A stretch of 60,105 nucleotides of DNA from Gammaproteobacteria bacterium (GTDB lineage: Bacteria > Pseudomonadota > Gammaproteobacteria > Ga0077536). The notes beneath the pieces were generated by a model that saw only the letters and a list, made by a program, of their open reading frames with translations, had not been told where the DNA came from and searched no databases. Below are positions 44,820 through 53,358 of this stretch, one piece after another (position 1 is the first letter of the stretch; the number at the start of each line of letters is the position of its first letter). The stretch covers positions 1 through 60,105 of the forward strand of contig JBLFWZ010000003.1 of NCBI GenBank assembly GCA_047611905.1, written 5' to 3'. A program made the position numbers and the translations under genes.

Positions 44820-45974
44820 TTATCCTCTTCGCATGATAGCGATGCCGCCGTCGCCCATGTCGCCGTAACCTGTGACGAGGCCAATTTCAGCATTACTGAC
44901 TTGGGCGCGTCCGGCGTCTCCGCGCAACTGGCGGACCAATTCGACAATATGATTTAAACCCCACACATGAGCTTGAGAGAGTAGCCCGCCATGCGTGTTC
45001 GTCGGTAGCGCTCCGCCGGGCCGCAGCTTACCATCTGCGACAAATGGGCCCCCTTCGCCGGCTGCGCAAAATCCCATCTCTTCAAATTGCTTGATCACGG
45101 CGTAGGTAAAGCAGTCATAAATTTCCGCGACATCAATATCGGCGTGCGTGACTCCCGCCATTTCGAACGCACGTCCAGCCGCTTTGCCGAGCCCGAGGCT
45201 CGCGATATCGGGCCGTTGGCTAATGGACGCTGGCGAATCCGGGTGGCCGGTCGCCACTCCAGAAATATAGACGGGTCTATGCGGCATGTCCGTAGCGCGT
45301 TCGGCAGCGCTCACCACCACGGCTGCGCCGCCGTCGCTTTCCAATGAGCAATCGAAAAGCCGAAACGGGTCGGCGATCATGCGGGAGTTGTGATGATCTT
45401 CAATCGTGATCGGTTTTTTCATGATCGCGTTGTCGTTAAGTAACGCATGTTCGCGCATCGCCACGGATACTTCCGCGAAGTGCTTAATCGTCGTGCCGTA
45501 GAGTTCCATGTGGCGTCGCGCCATCGGCGCGTAAATTTGCGCTGGTGCAGCCATACCCGTCGCGAGCTCAAATTCCGTCACGTAGTGAAACTGGGGCATC
45601 TGATGAATACGCGCGCCAGCTTTTGCCGATGCTGCGCTCACGTTACGCCCGAACGCGATGAGCACGTGCTTACATACGCCGCCTGCAATCGCCAGTGCGG
45701 CGCATTGCAAGGCCATGGCTGGGCTCGCTCCGCCATGCGGAATGAGTGCCGAAAAGCGCAAATCGGGAATGCCGAAATTATCGATAAAATCTTCCGCGAT
45801 GCCCGTCACTAATCCGATTGGAATGACGCCATCAATTTCTTTCGGGTCGAGTCCGGCATCGCGTATTGCGATAAGGGATGCCTCGAGTTGTAACTCGAAA
45901 GCAGATTTTACGGCTTTGCGAGTGTAAACCGTCTCGCCAACGCCGCTCACGCTAGCCTTGTCGGATAAGGACAT
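44820..45974 (-). CDS. Thiolase-fold protein of the SCP-x/Ltp type, apparently lacking the nucleophilic Cys
   Basis: 384 aa. The N-terminus KASVSGVGETVYTRK and the C-terminus NTHGGLLSQAH are typical of DUF35-associated lipid-transfer/thiolase-like proteins. The region where thiolases carry C-[AS]-S-G reads G-G-A-S-P by my by-eye alignment. Confidence 0.75.
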   Translation of the reverse strand: MSLSDKASVSGVGETVYTRKAVKSAFELQLEASLIAIRDAGLDPKEIDGVIPIGLVTGIAEDFIDNFGIPDLRFSALIPHGGASPAMALQCAALAIAGGVCKHVLIAFGRNVSAASAKAGARIHQMPQFHYVTEFELATGMAAPAQIYAPMARRHMELYGTTIKHFAEVSVAMREHALLNDNAIMKKPITIEDHHNSRMIADPFRLFDCSLESDGGAAVVVSAAERATDMPHRPVYISGVATGHPDSPASISQRPDIASLGLGKAAGRAFEMAGVTHADIDVAEIYDCFTYAVIKQFEEMGFCAAGEGGPFVADGKLRPGGALPTNTHGGLLSQAHVWGLNHIVELVRQLRGDAGRAQVSNAEIGLVTGYGDMGDGGIAIMRRG

Positions 45975-46006
45975 AACTGTCTCCAGAGTTTTGCTTGGTC
46001 GTGAGA

Positions 46007-47221
46007 TTAAGCGTTGATATAACGTTCAGCGACTTTAAGACGATGACGCAATATCAATTCTTGGTCTTGCAGATATATTTCTTTTTTTACCCCAGACATC
46101 AACATCGTTTGGGTTCTCTCTAACGTGCTGCCGTCTTCTAGTAAGGTGTCGCGAAAGAAACACTTGCCGTATTCCTGTGAGAAGCGCCCGGCTAAGTTGG
46201 CTGCCCGCGGGGAATAGGTACGGATCTCCCAACGGCAACGGTCTTCGGCGAGTGGCCAGAAGGTGTGTGTCAGATAGGTCGCGTTAGAGACATAGAGCAG
46301 GCAGTTGGGGAACAACGAAATTCCATCAAACGACCAATTCTCAGCGTCGGTGGGATTAACCCCAGGCGGGAAGCTCGCCTTGTCAGTATTGACTTGTTGC
46401 AACACGACATCGCCAAACTTTCCAGCTAATGTTTCTACCGCGGTGGGATTCCATTCGGGGTTCGCGGCTAAGGACACGCGTCCATGCTTGTCGTAGAGAG
46501 CGAACTCTAAAGCGTTGGCCCAAGGGTTCGATTTGCTCGCGTAGACGTTGCCGATCATCCGATGATGCAAAGTCGGAATGTGATAGATCTCGGCAAACGC
46601 ATCGTGGGCCACTTTCCAGTTGGCGTTAACGTCCGTGTACCAGGAAAAGCAGTTACCCGACAGTTTGTCAAAAGGATAACCCTCGATGCTCGCTTGGAGC
46701 TCCGTGCCTAAATAGTCCGATAAGGACTCGGAAGGGTTTGCATCGATGTTGATAAAGATGAAGCCGTTCCAAACGTCCGCCGACACTGGGCTCATGCCCA
46801 TACTCGCTTTGTCCATGTCGAAAAAGTTATCTTCGTCCGTGACGTGGCGTAGCGATCCATCGGTGTTGTAAACCCAACCGTGGAAGCGGCATGTAAATGC
46901 CCGGCACGTGCCTTTGCTATCCCATACCAACTGATTGCCGCGATGCGTGCACATATTGTGAAATGCCCGCACCGTCCCGTCCTTGCCGCGAACAATAATG
47001 ATGGATGTTTTACACACGGCTAATTCTTTAACGAAATAATCGCCAGCGTTCGGGATTTGTTCAATCCGACCGACGTTCAGCCATACTTTACTAAAGATCC
47101 GGTCACGCTCTTTTTCGAAATATTCTCTTGAGATATACGGTTCGACCGGCACCGGACCCGTGCCGATATCGGGGTAGCGCTCTGTCCATTTGAGATTACG
47201 CGGTGTTTGTACGCTGGCCAT
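46007..47221 (-). CDS. Rieske [2Fe-2S] non-haem iron oxygenase, alpha (catalytic) subunit, copy 1
   Basis: 404 aa. The Rieske motif reads CTHRGNQL...CRFHGW. The mononuclear iron motif reads NWKVAHDAFAEIYHIPTLHH. Confidence 0.85.
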   Translation of the reverse strand: MASVQTPRNLKWTERYPDIGTGPVPVEPYISREYFEKERDRIFSKVWLNVGRIEQIPNAGDYFVKELAVCKTSIIIVRGKDGTVRAFHNMCTHRGNQLVWDSKGTCRAFTCRFHGWVYNTDGSLRHVTDEDNFFDMDKASMGMSPVSADVWNGFIFINIDANPSESLSDYLGTELQASIEGYPFDKLSGNCFSWYTDVNANWKVAHDAFAEIYHIPTLHHRMIGNVYASKSNPWANALEFALYDKHGRVSLAANPEWNPTAVETLAGKFGDVVLQQVNTDKASFPPGVNPTDAENWSFDGISLFPNCLLYVSNATYLTHTFWPLAEDRCRWEIRTYSPRAANLAGRFSQEYGKCFFRDTLLEDGSTLERTQTMLMSGVKKEIYLQDQELILRHRLKVAERYINA

Positions 47222-47252
47222 AATATCTATTTCCCGTCGGTGTCTTTAAAAC

Positions 47253-47588
47253 TCACTCGTGAACTGCATTGAAGCGCGCCACATCGTAGCCGTTAACCAC
47301 GTTCGCCTGATCGAAATTCTCGATCGCAGGGGCAATTTCGGCGAGTGAGAACGTGAGATTTAACAATCGTTCGACATCGGCAGGAATATTATCTAATGGG
47401 TGCTCGCTCAGAAAGCCTAATACGTCGTCCATCCGCGGTAGCATTGCATCATAAAATTCTGTCAGGACACCGATGTCGCTTGCTTGACGTTTTGCACTGC
47501 GTTCACGTTCGGTTGGCAACGACCAATCTAGGTATTTTTCGAGGTCTTTGAACGGCTTCGGTAAATGGCTTTCGATCATTACTCTCAA
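47253..47588 (-). CDS. Conserved small acidic protein (111 aa) of unknown function, upstream partner of Rieske oxygenase copy 1
   Basis: It has a clear paralogue at 49473..49814, sharing FYDAMLPRMDDVLGFLSE / FYDAMLLRMDDALSFLAE and SLAEIAPAIE. It lies 31 nt upstream of the oxygenase gene. Confidence 0.6.
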   Translation of the reverse strand: MRVMIESHLPKPFKDLEKYLDWSLPTERERSAKRQASDIGVLTEFYDAMLPRMDDVLGFLSEHPLDNIPADVERLLNLTFSLAEIAPAIENFDQANVVNGYDVARFNAVHE

Positions 47589-47772
47589 TAGTCTCAGTTT
47601 TGGAATCGGTTGTAGCTCAAGCGCTTGTTCATCATAGTGCTTCGTTCAAAGGAGCTGCAAGCACACAGACAGCCTGTACCCTCAGACAACCTGGCTGTGC
47701 TAATCGAGTAGCTGCCCGCCCATGAGCACAATGCTATGGTCTAGTTCTGGTCCGCGGACCACCAAGTTAACA

Positions 47773-48201
47773 ATGGAGAATGATTTAATGCCGAATGAAG
47801 CTGAGTCACGTGCGACAAATAAATCAATCATCGCAGAGTTTTTCAAAGCCTTATCGAGCGGCGACGTAGTGCGCATTGGGAAATTCTTGAGTGACGATTG
47901 TAGCTGGTGGGTCTCCGGAACCGTCGCCGGGATTTCCGGGACGTATAACAAAACGGAAACTTTGGCCTTGTTGGAACAAGTGACTCAGGTTTATAAGAGC
48001 GGCGCTTTAAAAATCGACCCATCAAATATGATCGCCGAAGGCAAACGAGTGGCTGTCGAAGCAGAATCCTATGCCGAACTGCATAACGGCAAGGTCTACA
48101 ACAATCTATATCATTACGTATTCGACCTGGAGAGCGGCAAAATTAAATCGTTCAAGGAATACATGGACACGCAACATGTCCAGGACACCTTCGTTGAATG
48201 A
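47773..48201 (+). CDS. SnoaL-like / NTF2-fold protein
   Basis: NKSIIAEFFKALSSGDVVRIGKFLSDDCSWWVSG... is the typical SnoaL/ketosteroid-isomerase-like N-terminus. The start is uncertain (47722, 47773 or 47788). Confidence 0.65.
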   Translation: MENDLMPNEAESRATNKSIIAEFFKALSSGDVVRIGKFLSDDCSWWVSGTVAGISGTYNKTETLALLEQVTQVYKSGALKIDPSNMIAEGKRVAVEAESYAELHNGKVYNNLYHYVFDLESGKIKSFKEYMDTQHVQDTFVE

Positions 48202-48230
48202 ACGACGTTCGGATAGAAGATGTTTGATTG

Positions 48231-49448
48231 TTATGCGTTGAGGTAGCGTTCAATCATTTTGAAATTATGCCGAATCAATAGCTCTTCGTCGCACAGGTAG
48301 AATTCTTTCTTTGCGCCGGAGGCGAGCATGCTCTGCGTTTTTTCGAAGATGCCGCCGTCTTCGGCCATCACGCCGTCAAGAAACGTCGAGCGACTGTATT
48401 CTTGAGAGAATCGTTCCGCCATGGTCGTTGCCTTGGGGAAGTAGATTCGCGATTCCCATAACGTTCGATCTGCGGCGAGCGGCCAAAATGAATGAGTGAG
48501 AAAGCCGCCTTCGGAAACGAAGATCGAGGTGTTTGGAAAGCAATTGAATCCCGAGAATGACCAGTCTTCGGACTTCGTGGGATTCACGCCGGGCGGCATT
48601 CCTTCGGAGGAAATACCTTGTTTTTGTAACGTCAAAATGCCGAAGCGTTTCGCCAATTCCTCGACTGGGGTTGCGTCCCATTCGATGTTCGCGGGTACTG
48701 AGATACGGGCGTGCGGATCGAACAGTGCAAGTTCGTGCGAATTTAGGTACGGGTTGGTGGGGCTCGCAAACATGCGGCCGGTGCTACGGTTGTGCAAGCT
48801 AAAGATGTGGTAGACCTCTTGAAACGCGTCTTTTCCGACCTTCCAGTTGGCGTTAACTTCTACCTGCCAGGAAAAGCATGCCGTCGCGATCTCGCCAAAT
48901 GGATAGCCGTTGAAGCTTGCGCCGGCCTCGCCTAAATATTCTGTTAAGGATTGGCTCGGTTCTGGATCGACGTTGATATAGATAAAACCTTCCCATACAC
49001 CCACTGCTACGGGGGTTAGTCCGAGTTTCGTTTTATCGATGCCAAAGAATTTTTTCTCGTCCGAGATATGTCTCAAGCTTCCATCAAGTGCGTAGGTCCA
49101 GGCATGGTACTTACAGCTAAACGCTTTGCATTTGCCTTTGCTGTCCCAAGCCAAGCGATTACCGCGATGCGAACACATATTGTGAAACGCGTGCACCTCA
49201 CCATCGTCGCCGCGCGTGACGAGAATAGAGGTCTGGCAAATGGCTAAGTCTTTGACGAAGTAATCGCCCGTATCCGGGATCTGTTCAACCCGGCCAATAT
49301 TCAGCCAAACTTTGCGAAAGATTTTCTCTCGTTCTTGTTCAAAAAACTCAGGCGATACATACGGTTCTATCGGAAGCGGCCCGGTGCCGAGTTCTGGATA
49401 ACGGTCGTGCCATTTGGTATCACTGTTTTCTTTTACTCGAGCGTGCAT
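48231..49448 (-). CDS. Rieske [2Fe-2S] non-haem iron oxygenase, alpha subunit, copy 2 (paralogue of 46007..47221)
   Basis: 405 aa. It has CSHRGNRL...CKYHAW and NWKVGKDAFQEVYHIFSLH. It is colinear with copy 1 over the full length, with well over half the residues identical by eye. Confidence 0.85.
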   Translation of the reverse strand: MHARVKENSDTKWHDRYPELGTGPLPIEPYVSPEFFEQEREKIFRKVWLNIGRVEQIPDTGDYFVKDLAICQTSILVTRGDDGEVHAFHNMCSHRGNRLAWDSKGKCKAFSCKYHAWTYALDGSLRHISDEKKFFGIDKTKLGLTPVAVGVWEGFIYINVDPEPSQSLTEYLGEAGASFNGYPFGEIATACFSWQVEVNANWKVGKDAFQEVYHIFSLHNRSTGRMFASPTNPYLNSHELALFDPHARISVPANIEWDATPVEELAKRFGILTLQKQGISSEGMPPGVNPTKSEDWSFSGFNCFPNTSIFVSEGGFLTHSFWPLAADRTLWESRIYFPKATTMAERFSQEYSRSTFLDGVMAEDGGIFEKTQSMLASGAKKEFYLCDEELLIRHNFKMIERYLNA

Positions 49449-49472
49449 GCTGTGCGTCTCCGATGCGTTCGA

Positions 49473-49814
49473 TCAGTTGTTCTGCCGATGCGGATAGATG
49501 TCGATCGGTTTTAGGCGTAATACGTCGAGGCCCTCAGCCGATTGCTCACCGTACATTTCGATTGCGGGCGCAATTTCGGCGAGCGAGGTCGTCAATAAAA
49601 ATAAGGTCTGTACCTCATCTGTCGGATTCTCAGCAGGAATTTCCGCCAGAAAAGACAGCGCGTCGTCCATGCGGAGCAGCATCGCGTCGTAAAAAGATTG
49701 CAGCTCAAGCATGCTACTCTCAGCGCGTTTCGCGCGGCGCTCGTGCTCCGTTGCCAAGGCCCATTCGAGTAAGGGGCTGAGGTCTTGAAAAGCGTCGGGT
49801 AACTGGTTTGGCAC
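49473..49814 (-). CDS. Conserved small acidic protein (113 aa), paralogue of 47253..47588, upstream partner of Rieske oxygenase copy 2
   Basis: Same motifs as its paralogue and the same position (24 nt upstream of the oxygenase gene). Confidence 0.6.
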   Translation of the reverse strand: MPNQLPDAFQDLSPLLEWALATEHERRAKRAESSMLELQSFYDAMLLRMDDALSFLAEIPAENPTDEVQTLFLLTTSLAEIAPAIEMYGEQSAEGLDVLRLKPIDIYPHRQNN

Positions 49815-49948
49815 GATCGTCGCTCCGAAAAATGATCACATCCGCACTGCGTGCTCGGGCGCCACGCGGGATACGGCGAACGAACACGCTACTCCAATCT
49901 CTAATCCGCGTCCATATAGAAGCACGTTCGCACCGTTTGACCGATAAC

Positions 49949-50800
49949 TTACTTATCGAGCCGTTCGCTCACTTCGGCAATGAAATCGATGTGCGCATCG
50001 ATCGTATCGAAACCCATTCCCATAGTGCATACCGATGCATGGGTTCCACCGTTGTCGCGCCAATGTCGCACCGCATCCAAAGATTTTTCTATTGTGGTGG
50101 CAGTATTCGTGACGAGGTCTCGGCCGAATCCGTCGCTGCTGCGCCCGGCCTCATTTAAGTGATGTTCAATTCTGGCCCAGCAATCGAGTGCGTTGTCGCC
50201 GGCGAAAATAAACCCGTCGCCAAAACGTCCTGCGCGCCGGAAAGCCGCTTCTTTGAAGCCGCCGATCCAAATGGGCAGCCGCCGCTTAGGTCGCGGTAGG
50301 ATATTGCCACGATCGACACGATCAAAGCGTCCTTCAAAACTCACTAAGGGTTCGCTCCAGTAGCGCCTCAGCAATTCGATTTGTTCATCTGCGCGCGCGC
50401 CACGCGTCTTAAAGTCTTGCCCCAAGGCATCGTATTCGACGTAGTTCCAGCCGACGCCGATGCCAAGACGCAAACGTTCACCCGAGAGCAGATCGAGATC
50501 CGCAGCCTGTTTGGCGACAAGCGCGGTTTGGCGTTGCGGGAGAATGATCACCCCAGTCGCAAATTCAATCCGTTCAGTAATACCGGCTAAATAAGCAAAC
50601 ATCACGAATGGGTCGTGGAAAGGATCCGTATCTGTGTAGGGGCCCCAAAGTTTCGGCTCGCGATCGTGGGATGCACCCACGACGTGATCGTAGGCAAGCA
50701 GATGATCGTAGCCCAAGCGCTCCACGGCCTCGCCGAAACGGCGTACCGCGAGCGGATCGCCAGCTAGTTCTATTTGCGGATAGACGACGCCGATTTTCAT
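49949..50800 (-). CDS. Luciferase-like monooxygenase (LLM) class flavin/F420-dependent oxidoreductase
   Basis: 283 aa. MKIGVVYPQIELAGDPLAVRRFGEAVERLGYDHLLAYDHVVGA is typical of the LLM TIM-barrel family. Confidence 0.75.
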   Translation of the reverse strand: MKIGVVYPQIELAGDPLAVRRFGEAVERLGYDHLLAYDHVVGASHDREPKLWGPYTDTDPFHDPFVMFAYLAGITERIEFATGVIILPQRQTALVAKQAADLDLLSGERLRLGIGVGWNYVEYDALGQDFKTRGARADEQIELLRRYWSEPLVSFEGRFDRVDRGNILPRPKRRLPIWIGGFKEAAFRRAGRFGDGFIFAGDNALDCWARIEHHLNEAGRSSDGFGRDLVTNTATTIEKSLDAVRHWRDNGGTHASVCTMGMGFDTIDAHIDFIAEVSERLDK

Positions 50801-51060
50801 GATGGATCTCCTAGGTAGGGGGCTGGACCGTTAACATGGACCCGCATATCGGGGTGCTCGAGACGCAGTCTCGGAATCGACAACAATGCCGGTCGTCGCA
50901 ATATCGCCGCCCGGTAAACTAGCACAATTGCGCTCTAAGGTGCGCCTCAATCGCGACGTCGACACGTAGTGCTGCCGACGCGCTTCGTCAAGCCCGGACA
51001 TTGGTGTAAAAGCCGGATAATATTCCGTTCAGGTTGTTGCATTTAAGATGTGAACGCGCC

Positions 51061-52230
51061 ATGAGTTCTGAAGATTTTTACACGCAACTGTTTGAGCATC
51101 GCCTCTCGATTAGCGAATTGTTGGGCGAGCCACAGCATTTCCGTTCGGTGCCTGCCGACTGGCATGTCGTCATTACCGACATCAAGGGTTCTACTGAACT
51201 CGTGGCTTTGGGCCATCACGAAACGATTAATCTTATTGCCACTGGCAGCATTATCGCCGCCTTGAACATTGCCTACGCGCGAAATATCGAAATTCCTTTT
51301 TTCTTCGGCGGCGACGGTGCGACTTTGTTAGTGCCGGAGAAATTACTCGACGAAACCCTCCAGGCGCTAGAAGAACATAGTCGCAACACGATAAATAATT
51401 ACGCGATGACATTGAGAGTGGGATCGTTGCAAGTCGCGAATGTCGTTGAACAAGGACATTCGATAGAGCTCGCCAAGCTTTTTCGCAACCAGGCGTTTTC
51501 CATACCAATCGTCGTCGGTGACGGACTCGTGTTTGCCGAAAAATTGATCAAGGACCGCAATGAAAATCTGATACCGAAGGTGATAGAAGAGGAATCAAAT
51601 TTAGATTTAACGGGTATGGAGTGTCGCTGGGATCGAATCGGACCCCCGCTCGAAAGCGGGGAAGTCGTGTGCCTGCTAGTGAACGTGTTGAACCAACAAT
51701 ATTCCGCTAGGGTGCTGAAATCTGTTATCGATCATATCGATGCGGTTTATGGCCCGCGGCCGCTTCGAAATCCGATTTCGAAAGAACGCCTACGGCTGGA
51801 TTCGAGCGCTGCTGCGATCGCGAAAGAAACCACAGTAAAGCTCGGTCGCTACGATTGGCGCTATGCCATCGAGCATTGGTTACGCACGGCGCTTATCGGG
51901 CCGGCGTTTATGCGCTACACAGCCGATGGCCAAGGCTATGTCGCCAGTGTGCCAGAGCTATCCGACACGCTCACGATCGACGGACGAATTAACACCGTTA
52001 TTGCGGGCACGGGCGAACAAAGGAGGAAACTAATAGCGGAACTCGATCGCTTGGAAGAGGGCGGCGCGATTGCGTACGGTCTGTATGCTACTTCGGCCAG
52101 TATCATGTCGTGTTACGTGCGTAATCGAGAAGATCAGCATATTCATTTTATCGACGGTGCCGATGGCGGCTACACCCAAGCGGCGACCCTGTTGAAGCGT
52201 AAACTTCGTGAGCGATCGCCGCCCGACTAA
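51061..52230 (+). CDS. DUF3095-family protein (nucleotidyl-cyclase-like fold suspected)
   Basis: WHVVITDIKGSTELV ... FFFGGDGATLLVP mimic the two metal-Asp motifs of class III cyclases (F.DI.GfT / GDG....F). I recall this pattern as DUF3095. ATG 51061 is preferred over TTG 51034. Confidence 0.5.
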   Translation: MSSEDFYTQLFEHRLSISELLGEPQHFRSVPADWHVVITDIKGSTELVALGHHETINLIATGSIIAALNIAYARNIEIPFFFGGDGATLLVPEKLLDETLQALEEHSRNTINNYAMTLRVGSLQVANVVEQGHSIELAKLFRNQAFSIPIVVGDGLVFAEKLIKDRNENLIPKVIEEESNLDLTGMECRWDRIGPPLESGEVVCLLVNVLNQQYSARVLKSVIDHIDAVYGPRPLRNPISKERLRLDSSAAAIAKETTVKLGRYDWRYAIEHWLRTALIGPAFMRYTADGQGYVASVPELSDTLTIDGRINTVIAGTGEQRRKLIAELDRLEEGGAIAYGLYATSASIMSCYVRNREDQHIHFIDGADGGYTQAATLLKRKLRERSPPD

Positions 52231-52355
52231 CGAACGTTCAATTTGAATCGGTTTCTTCCCCATCTCCCAACCCATTGCCGGAGTCCGGAGTTTGGGCCGC
52301 TACAGCGGCCGGTGTCGTTCGGAACCTTGAACGCCTAAATCCAATCGTCGACACA

Positions 52356-53159
52356 TCACATCTTGGAGCCACCAGGATTGAACTCAAAGGGTTCGCGCCA
52401 CTCGTCTGGTAGGTCGACGATTGCCCCAGGTGTGTCGCAGCTTTCTGCCATGGTTAAGCAGTGACGTAATATTTTCGTCTGCATTTCAATATCGAAAGGT
52501 TTGCCGAAGGCGTTACCCATTGGATAATTTACGAAGACACTGCGTGGCGGTCGAACTTGTGCAGTGAGATCTCGCCCCGTCGACAAACAAACTGTTGCGA
52601 TGCCGCTTTCTTCAACCACTCGACAAACCAGACCCACGGTCTGGTGATCAAGAGGTCATGCGGGGACGGCAATGAGTAAATCAACTTCGTCGTTGCGTAG
52701 TTGATCTACGAACGCTGGCGCAGATTCCTGGATCACTTTACTACGATCGTAAATGCGTCCCATGAATCCACTCCAAAATCTCGACGCAAGCGAACCGATC
52801 TCTCCGGCATCAAGCAGTTCGCGCAGCCGATCGATTGGAAACTGACAATTTATATCGCGTTGTGCGTCCTCGTGATCGTAGTACGCATCGTGGATCTGGA
52901 AATCGTCGTTAGCCACATCAGCAGGTATCGAATCAAGTCGGTGGTCGTTGCGCGACATCGGATCCCACGCCGGCATAGCGCATTGCGAAATACCGCCTGA
53001 GGTAAGCAGCGTTACCCGGGATTCGCGTGCTGGTCGATCCAAGCGATGTAAAGGGGCGTCCTGATTAACCGTCCAGTCATACGGTGGGTGGCCCATTGCG
53101 CCGTAGTAACTCGCAAGTCCCTCGGCATAACGTATCGGTTGCTGTTGCCAGTTTTGCAT
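52356..53159 (-). CDS. PrdB/GrdB-family (glycine/sarcosine/betaine/D-proline reductase component B-like) candidate selenoprotein; in-frame TGA at 52658..52656 read as Sec
   Basis: ORFs 52656..53159 and 52356..52637 share a frame and are separated only by TGA plus 6 codons. The read-through sequence is ...DINCQFPIDRLRELLDAGEIG...VDLLIAVPA-U-PLDHQTVGLVCRVVEESGIAT..., which matches the layout I recall around the PrdB/GrdB Sec. A hairpin follows the UGA. Confidence 0.65.
52627..52645 (-). promoter_or_regulatory. SECIS-like hairpin 11 nt downstream of the in-frame UGA
   Basis: On the minus strand: UGA-CCUCUUGAUCA-CCAGACC-GUG-GGUCUGG. This is a perfect 7-bp stem (8 bp with the flanking A-U) and a 3-nt loop starting with G. 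The GTG in the loop is the false start of ORF 52356..52637. Confidence 0.55.
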
Positions 53160-53358
53160 CCTTAGCTCCTTCCAAATAGCCGGTGTCAGTAAATTGTACC
53201 GTTAATTCCTGTTTAGCGGGACGCGCGCCATACTTTCGACACAAGCAGTTATGTTCGTCCGCAGCGCGCTACACTTTCTCGGTACGGCACGGTAGTCGAG
53301 ATAATTGCGGCGGCATCAAATAAGATTGCACGCAGACATTGCGCCATGAGAATAAAAA

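Noticed and set aside
52356-52637. Downstream half of the PrdB-like gene as an independent 93-aa gene starting at GTG 52637.
   Set aside because: The GTG lies in the loop of the hairpin and no RBS precedes it. The frame is continuous with the upstream ORF across a single TGA. The 93-aa piece would be only the C-terminal fragment of the domain.
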